Positions 38,801 to 48,609 of a DNA stretch of 64,000 bases are shown here, piece by piece. This stretch comes from Gemmatimonadaceae bacterium (GTDB taxonomy: Bacteria > Gemmatimonadota > Gemmatimonadetes > Gemmatimonadales > Gemmatimonadaceae), in the NCBI GenBank assembly GCA_035277485.1, contig DATEKK010000226.1:28740-92739 (forward strand), written 5' to 3'. Both the position numbers and the translations under genes were made by a program. The notes under the pieces are model-generated. The model searched no databases. It saw only the letters and a list, made by a program, of their open reading frames with translations, and was not told the origin of the DNA. Numbering within the stretch: position 1 is the first letter of the stretch; every line of letters starts with the position of its first letter.

Positions 38801-39003
38801 ACTTCGCGCACCTGCACCGGCGCACGCGCAAGGCGAACGGCCAGGACTTCGCCACGGCCGTTCTCGTGGACTTGCTGCTCCTTCGCGGCCGGCGTCGCGA
38901 CGCGTCGCGATTGCTCACCGCCTACGTGAGACAGTTCCGACGGCCCGCCGCGGCGCTCGAGCCCGACCTCGAGCGGCTGCGTGGTGAGTTAGGCGTGGAG
39001 TGA
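35896..39003 (+). CDS. SARP/BTAD-type transcriptional regulator fused to an AAA/STAND ATPase and TPR-like repeats
   Basis: N-terminal winged-helix/BTAD-like region (LLWPRISAQRASHRLRQTLYRLN ... LDPLNEEATLALAEAAAFHG). Walker A at CGEEGIGKTRFA, then VVLIMEDVQWLD, then a long helical-repeat C-terminus. Start could be 35896 or 35905. Confidence 0.7.
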   Translation: MRHMIHLVGLGHAVITIGVTRLTQASETLFASALLFVSEAGRPIERHRIIDLLWPRISAQRASHRLRQTLYRLNTLGAALRSDRGHITLPARSAQSDFGEVLAAGRSADPNRVAELVQGPFLPGYSPRFSPTFSEWLERERDVVTSGLRRVLVAAIAAQRERNDWAAVERLATRCLLLDPLNEEATLALAEAAAFHGSKVRALEILDSYLRELGPGAGDIRVPATLLRRRIAEAYRAAPEPQRASQVGRDQEMLDMKRVLHGLFSARGETCLVCGEEGIGKTRFATEVACAAQLDGIKVVRVECQAHDVERPLAGIVEVMRRVRAMRGAIAVGEGSKRTLDAVLVASEPAAGPEVGDMDQFCARIRVALIDLLDAVSHEQPVVLIMEDVQWLDRASWTCVRALSRWALKHRALLVLTARQNDLGQRFDCADDVRPRLVRLKPLDDPASRSLIRRIVSGSVRDGNEPFAEWCVARGGGNPYVLTELAVHAEGETEPFRAPAALERIAAERLAGLSDVPLRILQAIAVLGPASSTRRVEELLGATRLGLLDGLDTLSTAGMIGLEGDRIVLRHRLTAEAALERLSRPARQLLHRRAAELLERERTTDASDLLAGECAEHWRYAGEHTRAIELLTGAASRLTGLGMPIEAARLYERAAQITTSAPDKLHHLAARAHALFLGADWEPFVHVATELESLQRHTPASPDNHDDTELELSLAKWRLGADRRELLADATRCAAAATASESHRVLAAAWALMLADNLCDERAASAVMRAVTPALGKAGIDEGAAACLHMVYHTAFGNPQTGLDAARRLTDTQLAAPDGGNKAKYLSHAAAALRLCGAPIPEARQAAAAALEIAQRLGLAAYAAPAANQITLTFLAEGDTAKARAWFEKALWLMEHSVDTVGRSTILSNGAEIALRERRLGDAERLIMESEKAVGRARSPRADIRHVSFRWRLGLLRGDANPTEHDLTHFAHLHRRTRKANGQDFATAVLVDLLLLRGRRRDASRLLTAYVRQFRRPAAALEPDLERLRGELGVE

Positions 39004-39023
39004 CGCCGCGGCGGACGCCGCAG

Positions 39024-40355
39024 TCAGGCGAGCTGCGCGACCGACAGGTCTTTGGGTCGCGAGGCCGGCGCCGCGTCCCGGCCGGCCGGCGAGGCGAACA
39101 ACAGCCCGAACATCGGGCTCGCGAGAAGCTGGTCGCAGATGCCCGGATCGAACTGGCGCCCGCGATACTTGGCGAGCTCGGCCCGCACCTGCACCTCGCC
39201 TAACGCCTTGCGGTACGGACGATCGGTGGTCATCGCGTCGATCGTGTCCGCGATCAGCACCACGCGCGAGCCTAACGGAATTTGGTCGCCGGCCAGACCG
39301 TCGGGATATCCGCTGCCGTCCCAGTTCTCGTGGTGATGCCGCACCGCCTGCACCAGATCGCGCAGTTGCGACACCGTCGATACCAGCTCCGCGCTCTTGA
39401 TCGGGTGCGTCTGCATCACCGCCCACTCGTCCGCCGTGAGCTTGTCCGGCTTGCGGAGGATCGGGGCGTAGATCTCGTGGATCTTGCCCACGTCGTGCAG
39501 CAGCGCAGCCGTCGCGATGCGCTCGATTTCGCGCGACGACAAGCCTAACGCACGCGCGATGAGCTTCGCGTAGTGCGACACGCGCCGCGAATGGCCGGAC
39601 GTGTATGGATCGCGCGCCTCGATGGCCTTGACCATCAGCTCCAGCAATTCCTGATTCACCCGCTCGAGTTGGCGGTTGGTCTTGTACAGTTGGCGAACAC
39701 CGAGCAGCGGTAGCGCCAGCACCAGGGCGCCGAACGCGCCGAACCGCGCGTAGCACCACGCCAGCAGAAACGCCACTGGACTCGCCAGCACGTCGTACGC
39801 CAGGCTGCCCAGATGATTCTGCCGCCACACCTTCAACAGGTTCTTGCTGTCGTTGGTCGCGATCGCGCCGCTCACCGCCAGCGTGTTCACGGCGACGAAC
39901 ACGATCACCATCACCGAGAACGGCACGCCCACCGTCGCCAACGCCTCGGGCGCGCTCATCGCGCTGTACTGCAGCAGCGGTTTTCCGCCCAACAACACGT
40001 ACGACAGCACCGCCAGCGAGGTCGCCAGCGACATCTGAACCACGTTGAAGACCTTCTTGACCAGGTCACGCGTGCTGATGATCTCGGTGATGATGTTCGT
40101 CACCGCAACCGCGAGCACCGAGATCCAGTTAGGCGCGAGGAGCGCCGTGGCCGTGAACGGGATGAACCCGATCGACCCGCCGGCGCCGGCCGGCAGCTGG
40201 TACACCAACAGCAGCGCGAACACCGACAACCCGGACATCCACAGCGCCGCACGAACAGAACCCGCGTCGACCACCGGCACGACCCAATAGACGCAGATGG
40301 CAGCCGCCACTGCGCCCAACGCCACACCCGACACGTACAGTCGCACCCGGTTCAT
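39024..40355 (-). CDS. membrane-anchored HD-GYP domain phosphodiesterase
   Basis: About seven hydrophobic segments followed by HSRRVSHYA, LLHDVGK and HHENWDGSGYPDGL. I prefer ATG 40355 (MNRVRLYVSG) over the track's GTG 40403. Confidence 0.8.
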   Translation of the reverse strand: MNRVRLYVSGVALGAVAAAICVYWVVPVVDAGSVRAALWMSGLSVFALLLVYQLPAGAGGSIGFIPFTATALLAPNWISVLAVAVTNIITEIISTRDLVKKVFNVVQMSLATSLAVLSYVLLGGKPLLQYSAMSAPEALATVGVPFSVMVIVFVAVNTLAVSGAIATNDSKNLLKVWRQNHLGSLAYDVLASPVAFLLAWCYARFGAFGALVLALPLLGVRQLYKTNRQLERVNQELLELMVKAIEARDPYTSGHSRRVSHYAKLIARALGLSSREIERIATAALLHDVGKIHEIYAPILRKPDKLTADEWAVMQTHPIKSAELVSTVSQLRDLVQAVRHHHENWDGSGYPDGLAGDQIPLGSRVVLIADTIDAMTTDRPYRKALGEVQVRAELAKYRGRQFDPGICDQLLASPMFGLLFASPAGRDAAPASRPKDLSVAQLA

Positions 40356-40396
40356 TCGCACCGCTTGCGAGAAAGAGGAACCCCCGTCCCCGGGCC

Positions 40397-40468
40397 TTAC
40401 CACCAGTGTGCGGTGTCAGACGCAACGACCGCGTACATCGACGTAACGAGCTGGGTCAAGAACGACAT
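40397..40468 (-). CDS. candidate 23-codon upstream ORF (MSFLTQLVTSMYAVVASDTAHWW)
   Basis: The ATG is preceded by AAGGGAGGTGA, with GGAGG 9 nt upstream. The ORF ends Trp-Trp-TAA 41 nt before the HD-GYP ATG. Too short to be supported by composition. Confidence 0.25.
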   Translation of the reverse strand: MSFLTQLVTSMYAVVASDTAHWW

Positions 40469-40731
40469 TTCGCGTCACCTCCCTTTCGTGAAGTCACACC
40501 TGGCACCTGCCAGTTGTGCTAAAGGTCGGCTCCGCTCAACTACATGGCCCTGCCCGCTCAGCTTCGCTCAGCCGAGGATCGGGGGTTGTTAGTCCTTGTG
40601 ATCGATCGTGATGTGAGAACGGTTGAGAGTCTTGAGCAGGAATGAAGCACCACCGACAGCCGTCCTACTACCGACGATGCTACGTCGCAGGAACCCGGCA
40701 CTGCCCAGGCACTGCGATTACAGCGTCACCG

Positions 40732-41604
40732 CTACCGTCCGATCCACCGGTTGGTCGCATCGAGCACGGCCAGCACGCTCGCCGTCTCCGGGCTTTCCTT
40801 GATTTCGCAGCTGCCCGTTAGCAGCATGTTCTCGCGCCCAACACGAACCGTGATGCCGACGAAGACAAACTCGCGCTCGAACGCGTCGATCAACCGGCAT
40901 CCGTCCAGCGTCAACGCGTGCGTGTCGCCTTCCGCCTGGCTGATTGCGACGACAGCAGCTCGCGCGGCCAGCTCGGCCCGCGAGCGTTCGGATTCTGACC
41001 CTTCCGATTCTCCGATGTAGGACTGCTCCGCCTTGCGGAGCGTCACTCGGCACGTCACCCCGCGACTCCGCGACCGACGGACCTCGACATCCTCGAAATA
41101 GAACCGGCGGCGCACCGCAGCTGCTGCTGCTTCCGCCGCCGCACTCTCGGAGAGGCCTTTCGCCTCCACCGTCTTCTGCGGATCGACTGTCGTCGCGACG
41201 GAAATCTTCCGATGATCCACCCGCATGCCGAGGTGCGCCAGCAACGCACTCTCCACATTGCGCACCGTCTGCTTCGGATTCACCTCGGCGCTCGTCAGGA
41301 GGTGCACTTCGCTCACCGCACCGCTCTCGCTCGCAACGATGCGCGCCGCGAGCACGCCTGGCAACGTGACCAGCAGTTCTTCCGCGCGCCGCAGCGGCAA
41401 GACGCTTCCTGCAATCGGTGACACGGGTTGCGACGACGGAGTCGGCGCGTTGAGCGGCACAGACACGAGTACCTGACTTGGCGAGCGCTGAAAAACAGTG
41501 CGGTGGGTACGAACGGGGACTAACACAGACGCCGTCACTCCGACCGGGCGGGGAGGATACGGCGTGTTGCACGACGATATTGTGGTCAGACAATATTCCA
41601 ACAA
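40732..41604 (-). CDS. hypothetical two-domain protein downstream of the sigma54 activator
   Basis: The coding-like part runs from about SVLPLRRAEELLVTLPGVLAARIV...DHRKISVATT, followed by a second alpha/beta-like half. The first 30-40 codons of the track ORF (TTG start) look non-coding, so the start is uncertain. No family recognised. Confidence 0.4.
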   Translation of the reverse strand: MLEYCLTTISSCNTPYPPRPVGVTASVLVPVRTHRTVFQRSPSQVLVSVPLNAPTPSSQPVSPIAGSVLPLRRAEELLVTLPGVLAARIVASESGAVSEVHLLTSAEVNPKQTVRNVESALLAHLGMRVDHRKISVATTVDPQKTVEAKGLSESAAAEAAAAAVRRRFYFEDVEVRRSRSRGVTCRVTLRKAEQSYIGESEGSESERSRAELAARAAVVAISQAEGDTHALTLDGCRLIDAFEREFVFVGITVRVGRENMLLTGSCEIKESPETASVLAVLDATNRWIGR

Positions 41605-41632
41605 CGGTGCCTAAACGCAAGCGACAGTTACG

Positions 41633-43194
<1,562 letters not shown>

Positions 43195-43198
<4 letters not shown>

Positions 43199-43704
43199 GG
43201 CGCCGACCCGCCGCTCCGAGCGTCGCGATGCTCAGTCACGATCCCGCGCAGAATGTCTACGGCGTGATCGATGATCGCGTCGAGCGCGGCCAATCCATCG
43301 CGTACACCGCCGGGCGATCCGGGCAGATTCACGATCAGAGTTCGCCCGCGCGTTCCGGCGACCCCGCGCGAGAGCGCTGCCCGCGGAAACCGCTCGATCG
43401 ACAACGATCGGATGCGCTCGGCGATACCCGGCGCCTCGCGCTCGATGACGGCCGTGGTCGCCTCGGGCGTCACGTCGCGTGCGGCGAGCCCGGTACCGCC
43501 GGTCGTCAGCACCACATCGGCATCGTCTCCATCGCACCATGCCACCAGGGTCGCCGCGATGCGCGACGTGTCATCCGGCACGATCGTACGCGCCGCGATC
43601 GTCGCGCCGTGCTGCCTCGCCCAACCCGCGATCGTATCGCCCGACACGTCGGCGCGCTCGCCCTTCGAGCCGGCATCCGATACCGTCAGGATCGCGATCC
43701 GCAT
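43195..43704 (-). CDS. mogA: molybdenum cofactor biosynthesis protein MogA/MoaB family
   Basis: Starts MRIAILTVSD. Contains VVLTTGGTGLAARDVTPEAT and NLPGSPGG. The stop overlaps the activator start (ATGA). Confidence 0.8.
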
Positions 43705-43781
43705 GCGCGCGCCTCGATCGTTAGGCGGAAGATGGCACGGCGGATGGGCGACGCTTGGCCGCCCGTCGCCCCACCAGGCGG

Positions 43782-44891
43782 CTAGTGATGCGTCCCGCGC
43801 GTGTAGAACGGCGTACGCACCACCTCCGCCGCCACGCGTTGACCGCGAATCTCGATCTCGATTGGCGTTCCCGGTTTCGCCGACGCCGTCGGGACATAAC
43901 AGGTGCCAATCGGAATGCCGAGCGACGGACTCATGGTGCCGCTGCACACGGTGCCGGACGCCTGGCCGTTCACGAACACCGGGTAACCGTGCCTCGGGAA
44001 ACTGCGCTCGGCCGTCGTAAACCCGACCAGCCGGCGCGGCACGCCGCGTTCCTTCTGCGCCGCCAATGCATCGCGCCCCACGAAGTCGCCCTTGCCTAAC
44101 TTCACCACCCAGCCGAGCCCCGCCTCGAGCGGCGTGGTGCTGTCGTCGATGTCATTGCCGTAGAGCGCCATGCCCATCTCGAGGCGCAGCGTGTCCCGGC
44201 AGCCCAGCCCAGCCGGCGTCACGCCATCCGGCGTCAACGCGCTCCACACGCGTTGCGCATACTTCGGCGAGAAATACAACTCGAAGCCATCCTCGCCCGT
44301 GTATCCCGTCCGAGAGATGACGGCCGGCGCGCCCTCGACCTGCCCCACCGCGAAGTGGTAGTACGCGATCGTCGACAGGTCGACCGACACGTGCGGCTGC
44401 AGCACGCGCTCTGCGTTAGGCCCTTGCAGCGCCAGGAGCGCGGTGTCGTCGCTCACGTCGGCCACCGTGCACTGGAGCTGTCCCACGTGGCGACGAATGT
44501 GCGCCAGGTCTTTGTCCTTGTTCGACGCGTTGACCACGAGCATCAACCGGTCCTCGAACCGGTACACGAGACAGTCGTCCTCGATCGTTCCGCGGTCGTT
44601 CAGGATCGTCGAGTACTGCACCTGCCCGACCTTGAGCGCCGCCACATCGTTCGAGGTCACCGTCGTCGCGAACGCCACGGCGTCGGCGCCAGATACCTCG
44701 AACTCCCCCATGTGGCTCACGTCGAAAAGCCCGCACTGCTCGCGCACGGCTCGATGCTCGGCTGTAATCCCGGTCGGGTACTGCACGGGCATCTCATACC
44801 CGGCGAACGGGACCATTTTGGCACCCAGCCCGACGTGGATGTCGTAAAACGGTGTGCGCTTGAGCGTTTGCTGAACTGCGGCCTGAGCCAT
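43782..44891 (-). CDS. gcvT: glycine cleavage system aminomethyltransferase T
   Basis: Starts MAQAAVQQTLKRTPFYDIH. Contains FAGYEMPVQY, GLFDVSHMGEF and SRTGYTGEDGFE. Confidence 0.9.
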   Translation of the reverse strand: MAQAAVQQTLKRTPFYDIHVGLGAKMVPFAGYEMPVQYPTGITAEHRAVREQCGLFDVSHMGEFEVSGADAVAFATTVTSNDVAALKVGQVQYSTILNDRGTIEDDCLVYRFEDRLMLVVNASNKDKDLAHIRRHVGQLQCTVADVSDDTALLALQGPNAERVLQPHVSVDLSTIAYYHFAVGQVEGAPAVISRTGYTGEDGFELYFSPKYAQRVWSALTPDGVTPAGLGCRDTLRLEMGMALYGNDIDDSTTPLEAGLGWVVKLGKGDFVGRDALAAQKERGVPRRLVGFTTAERSFPRHGYPVFVNGQASGTVCSGTMSPSLGIPIGTCYVPTASAKPGTPIEIEIRGQRVAAEVVRTPFYTRGTHH

Positions 44892-44967
44892 TGGAGGAGC
44901 TCCACAGGGAATCTCCTGCAAAAATGGCTGCATGGCCATCCAACTGCCAGCCCGGCGCACGATGCAA

Positions 44968-44999
44968 GCGAGCCCGCATCCAAAAGGACACGGGCTCGC
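44968..44999 (-). terminator. hairpin terminator candidate after the minor-pilin operon
   Basis: GCGAGCCCG-N14-CGGGCTCGC (9-bp GC stem), 24 nt downstream of the stop at 45023. Weak U-tract. Confidence 0.45.
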
Positions 45000-45022
45000 A
45001 CGCGAGCTGTCGAAAATCCGGT

Positions 45023-47059
45023 TCAGTTGCCCGACTGCAGGTTGCTGAACAGCGTCACGACGTCGAACCGGGCCGGATCGATCTCCGAGAAGCGGTTGTT
45101 GATGTAGCGCCCGGTGGTTGGAAAGTACGGTGGCGACTGCGAGTTCAAGCATTGGTCGACGCTGCGATTTTCACCAAAGCCATCGTAGTTGTCGCTGTAC
45201 GTCGCGCTGATGAAGTTCTCGATCACACCACCCGCCTGCTGAATGCACCCGCGGCCCGTGTGCGCGGAATTGCAAGTGCCGAAGGAGCTGGATCCCTCCG
45301 GGTGTGAGCTGAAGTTCTCGACGCCCACGGTTCCGGTGCGGCTCATCGTGACGCCGTGGAACACGAAGTTGTTGGCGGTGAGCATCCCGTTGTCGTTGCC
45401 GTCGGTCCAGCGGTACGTGGCGCCTGTGTTTCCGGAGCGCTGCGGTGAATTGATGGCGTTGTCCGCTATCATGATGCTCGTGTCGGCGATGACTCCGAAC
45501 AGATTCGCGCACAGCACCGCGGCCGGATCCTGCGTGTACACGAGATCATCAGTGAGCAGCACCGTACCCTGCGCCGAGCCGTACGTTTGCGCGTACAGCG
45601 TCACCCAGCCGCGCAGCACGCCGTCGAGCGCCACCGGCCCGTGCGTGTGAATCACACCTTTGGAGTTAGGGTTGAGCGTGCGATCGAGTGGCCAGAGACG
45701 CGCGTCGTTCGCCTGTTGCTGATAGCCGTAGTAAGGCGAAGTTGGCGAAATTCCGGCGAATGCGTTTGCCACGGGCGTATTGTTGCCACCCCACGCCTGC
45801 CAGTAGCCGTAAACGGTGCTGTCGGTGAAGGTCGTGTCTTCCCCACCCTTTTGCCATACGCCACTGCTGGTAGGCGCAGGACGCGCGTTGCGCCGTTCCG
45901 GCGACACCAGGTGCGGATCACCGGCCGGATAGCAGCGGAATCCCGTATGTCCCATGATGCGGTCGCGCTCGTTCTTCGTAACGGAGCCGGCGCTCGCGAC
46001 TACATCGGATGGCGAGCTCGCGATCAGCGTACCCGCGGCAATCTCATTCTTGAACCACGATTCACCGTGGACGAACGCCGGGAAGAACTTCATGGTGCCG
46101 TTCTCCACGTGCCAGTCGCCGCACATGGAATCCGGCGGCGTGTTCTCACCATTGATCACGGTGGGTGCAACGCGGACTCGGCTCGCATACGCAGCGTTAG
46201 CCTGGTACACGCGGAAGAAACCTTCGTTGTTGCCCGTCACGTCGCCATCGTTGTCGAGGTCGATGGCAACGAACTCGATGCGCGTGCGGACGTTGCTCAA
46301 CGACGTGCCCTGCGAGATCACGTCGAGATTCGCCGCCGCCGCGTACGTCTGCAACACCGCCAACTTCGACACCGGCGGAATCGGTATCACCGAGGCGCCG
46401 CTGATCTTGCCCTTCTGGAATGTCGGCGTACCGCCCGAGATGCTCCCCACGGCGGACACAGTGTCGTAATACGTCGGTGTGCCGCACGAATACCAACCCT
46501 GGTTGCTATGCGCGCGGCCGCGAATGAACTCGCCCGTGGAGTAGCACAGTCCCGTCGGGAACGTGTTGGTGAACATCGCGTAGCGCGCGAAATTTTCCGC
46601 CGCCAACTCGAGGCGGCGCACGTAGCGCGCGCCGCTCGAGTCGTACGCTTCGGATACGATGCTCGCGTATTCGCCGAATTCGCCCGTCACGTTACCCGAG
46701 AGACCGGCGTACACATTGACGTGAAGACTCGGGATGATCACTCCATCCGCGCCGGTCACCGTTCCGTTAGCAATGAGCGTCACATACCCGCTGTCGGGTA
46801 AGTGAATGCTCGTGTCCTTGCTGAGACTCGACTTCCCCATCGCCAGCCCCGCTTCGGCTGCGTATCGATAGTCGCGCTCGCGGTCGAACGAGTGGCTCAA
46901 GATCGTCGAGCTGCCCGTCAGCAGAATCGCGGAGAGCGCGATCGCCGCCAGCGTGACGGTCAACAGCAGAACGAGAATCAGCGCCGAACCACGGCGATGC
47001 GTCCGCCGATTCCAGAGCAGCGATGTGCGCGGCATATGCACTCTCCTCGTGATGCTCAT
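45023..47059 (-). CDS. large PilX-N-terminal-domain pilus protein (678 aa)
   Basis: ATG 47059 overlaps the pilW-like stop (ATGA). N-terminus RRGSALILVLLLTVTLAAIALSAILL is PilX_N-like. The long Gly/Asn/Thr-rich body is probably beta-helical. Confidence 0.6.
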   Translation of the reverse strand: MSITRRVHMPRTSLLWNRRTHRRGSALILVLLLTVTLAAIALSAILLTGSSTILSHSFDRERDYRYAAEAGLAMGKSSLSKDTSIHLPDSGYVTLIANGTVTGADGVIIPSLHVNVYAGLSGNVTGEFGEYASIVSEAYDSSGARYVRRLELAAENFARYAMFTNTFPTGLCYSTGEFIRGRAHSNQGWYSCGTPTYYDTVSAVGSISGGTPTFQKGKISGASVIPIPPVSKLAVLQTYAAAANLDVISQGTSLSNVRTRIEFVAIDLDNDGDVTGNNEGFFRVYQANAAYASRVRVAPTVINGENTPPDSMCGDWHVENGTMKFFPAFVHGESWFKNEIAAGTLIASSPSDVVASAGSVTKNERDRIMGHTGFRCYPAGDPHLVSPERRNARPAPTSSGVWQKGGEDTTFTDSTVYGYWQAWGGNNTPVANAFAGISPTSPYYGYQQQANDARLWPLDRTLNPNSKGVIHTHGPVALDGVLRGWVTLYAQTYGSAQGTVLLTDDLVYTQDPAAVLCANLFGVIADTSIMIADNAINSPQRSGNTGATYRWTDGNDNGMLTANNFVFHGVTMSRTGTVGVENFSSHPEGSSSFGTCNSAHTGRGCIQQAGGVIENFISATYSDNYDGFGENRSVDQCLNSQSPPYFPTTGRYINNRFSEIDPARFDVVTLFSNLQSGN

Positions 47060-48210
47060 GGGACGGTGACGGCGCCCGCCGAGAGAATGGGCGAGTTCGA
47101 TGGCGAACAGTCCTGCGCCACTACTCCGTATTCCCAACTGCCTGACGGTGGATCGATGTCGTCGTACGTGTACGTCGCAGACGACGCCGCCACACTCGTC
47201 ACGACATTCTGCCAATTCACATCGCCGACGGCTCGGCGATAAATCAGATAACGCTCGATGTCTTTTTCGCCCGCGTCCTGATCGAGCGATTCGTTCCACG
47301 TCAGAATCACTTTGGCCGGCGTGGTGGTGTCGTACACGGCGGTGAACGACGTCGGCGCGATCGGCGGTGTGCCGCACACCGTGCTGTGCAGCATGCCCGC
47401 GTTCAACAGCTGCGTCGACGTTTGCACGACACGCGACACTGGACCCTTCTGCGGATCAGCGTACGTACCCGCGACGCGAACGCTCACCATACGGATGCTG
47501 TCGACCCAGGCGAATTTGCCTGTGTCCGCGACGGAACCGTGCGCCGCCGCGCTGTGATAGAGCGGCAGGCTCGCCGCTGGGATGGCCACGAGATTCCCTG
47601 TGGAATCGGGCTTGAAGTACGTGAAAATCGGCGGATCGCCGCTGTTCCAGATGATCCCGCTCGCGACCACTTTCGGCGCGCTGTCATTCACCCGGCGAAA
47701 GAGCACGTACTGGTTGCCGGCGCTCACCGTGCTGTCCACCGATGCCCAGTACGAAATCGTTTCGGCCGCTCCGGGTACGCCGCTCTGCAGATAGTTCATT
47801 TGGGGATAGATCACGGCGCTGTGCGGCAGCGTGATGTGCTGCGACGTGATCATGCTCGCCGTGGACATCGAATCGACGTCGGGATCGTAGTAGGCGGCGT
47901 TCAGGTCGTTCTGATCGCGCGTCACGATGTCGGCGTTGAACGTCAGCGCGAACTGGTCGGCCTGCACGATCATCGGCTGGTTCGACAACACGCCGGTGCC
48001 CGCGAGACGAAGGTCGCGGTCGATGGTGTTTTGCGAGAACCGCGCGTTCTGTTGGGCATCCAGACGGCCCGCGCTCGCGCTGAGCGACCGCGCCTGCATC
48101 TTGAAGAACGGGACAGCGAGACCGAACACCGCGACGAACAACGTCAGCGCGATCACCATTTCGATCAGCGTGACGCCGCGACGCTCGCGAGGCCTTGGAG
48201 ATATCGTCAT
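47056..48210 (-). CDS. PilW-like type IV minor pilin with C-terminal FN3-like domain
   Basis: Prepilin motif RRG|VTLIEMVIAL. The C-terminal part VILTWNESLDQDAGEKDIERYLIYRR...YTYDD is FN3-like. Confidence 0.65.
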   Translation of the reverse strand: MTISPRPRERRGVTLIEMVIALTLFVAVFGLAVPFFKMQARSLSASAGRLDAQQNARFSQNTIDRDLRLAGTGVLSNQPMIVQADQFALTFNADIVTRDQNDLNAAYYDPDVDSMSTASMITSQHITLPHSAVIYPQMNYLQSGVPGAAETISYWASVDSTVSAGNQYVLFRRVNDSAPKVVASGIIWNSGDPPIFTYFKPDSTGNLVAIPAASLPLYHSAAAHGSVADTGKFAWVDSIRMVSVRVAGTYADPQKGPVSRVVQTSTQLLNAGMLHSTVCGTPPIAPTSFTAVYDTTTPAKVILTWNESLDQDAGEKDIERYLIYRRAVGDVNWQNVVTSVAASSATYTYDDIDPPSGSWEYGVVAQDCSPSNSPILSAGAVTVP

Positions 48211-48222
48211 GACTCGGCATCC

Positions 48223-48609
48223 TCAGAAGGCGGCGATGACGGAAGTCTTCTTCATCGGGCTTGCGAGCTGCGCCGCCGTCACGACCACGGTCACCGTCTT
48301 GTAGTCTGCGCGCGACGTTGACGTGCGCGCGATGTACGTTCGGCGCGTGAAACCTGGATATCCGGCAATGCCGGTCTCGGTGCCCACGAATGTCGCCTCG
48401 AGCGACGCATACACCGGATACGCCTTGATCTGTTCGACGCGAGCGACGGCCAGGTCTCCGGCCATCGACAACTCGTATCCCGTTCCGGCTCCATGAGACA
48501 GTCGCGAGACGAACGTCCCCATGCCGAGCATCGCGCCGGTGAGAATCGCGAGCGCGATCAATGTTTCGATCAGCGTTAGGCCTTTGCGGGCACGCATCGC
48601 GATGGTCAT
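48223..48609 (-). CDS. PilV-like type IV minor pilin
   Basis: Starts MTIAMRARKG|LTLIETLIALAIL. ATGA overlap with the upstream fimT-like gene. Confidence 0.65.
   Translation of the reverse strand: MTIAMRARKGLTLIETLIALAILTGAMLGMGTFVSRLSHGAGTGYELSMAGDLAVARVEQIKAYPVYASLEATFVGTETGIAGYPGFTRRTYIARTSTSRADYKTVTVVVTAAQLASPMKKTSVIAAF

Noticed and set aside
40501-40520. TGGCAC-containing sigma54-like promoter (TGGCACctgccagTTGTGCT).
   Set aside because: The GG-to-TTG(C) spacing is off by 2 nt. It also points (+ strand) into convergent minus-strand genes.
40404-40560. c-di-GMP riboswitch in the HD-GYP leader.
   Set aside because: I recognise no GEMM-I or GEMM-II conserved core by eye. It remains untested without a covariance model.
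44892-45022. Possible glycine riboswitch upstream of gcvT.
   Set aside because: I could not find the conserved GGAGAG...CACCG / CTCTGGAGAG-type cores. The region is better explained by the terminator hairpin of the upstream pilin operon plus a short leader. A covariance-model scan would settle it.
44422-48575. Motif deserts (44422..48575, 46..3185, 56082..58854) as evidence for horizontally acquired islands.
   Set aside because: With about 80 sites the mean spacing is about 800 nt. A Poisson model gives P(gap > 4.15 kb) of about 0.006 per interval, so there is roughly a 40% chance of seeing one such gap in the window. Gaps of 3 kb are expected. The deserts alone are not significant. Only the coincidence with lower GC in the pilin genes is noted, within the pilin finding.
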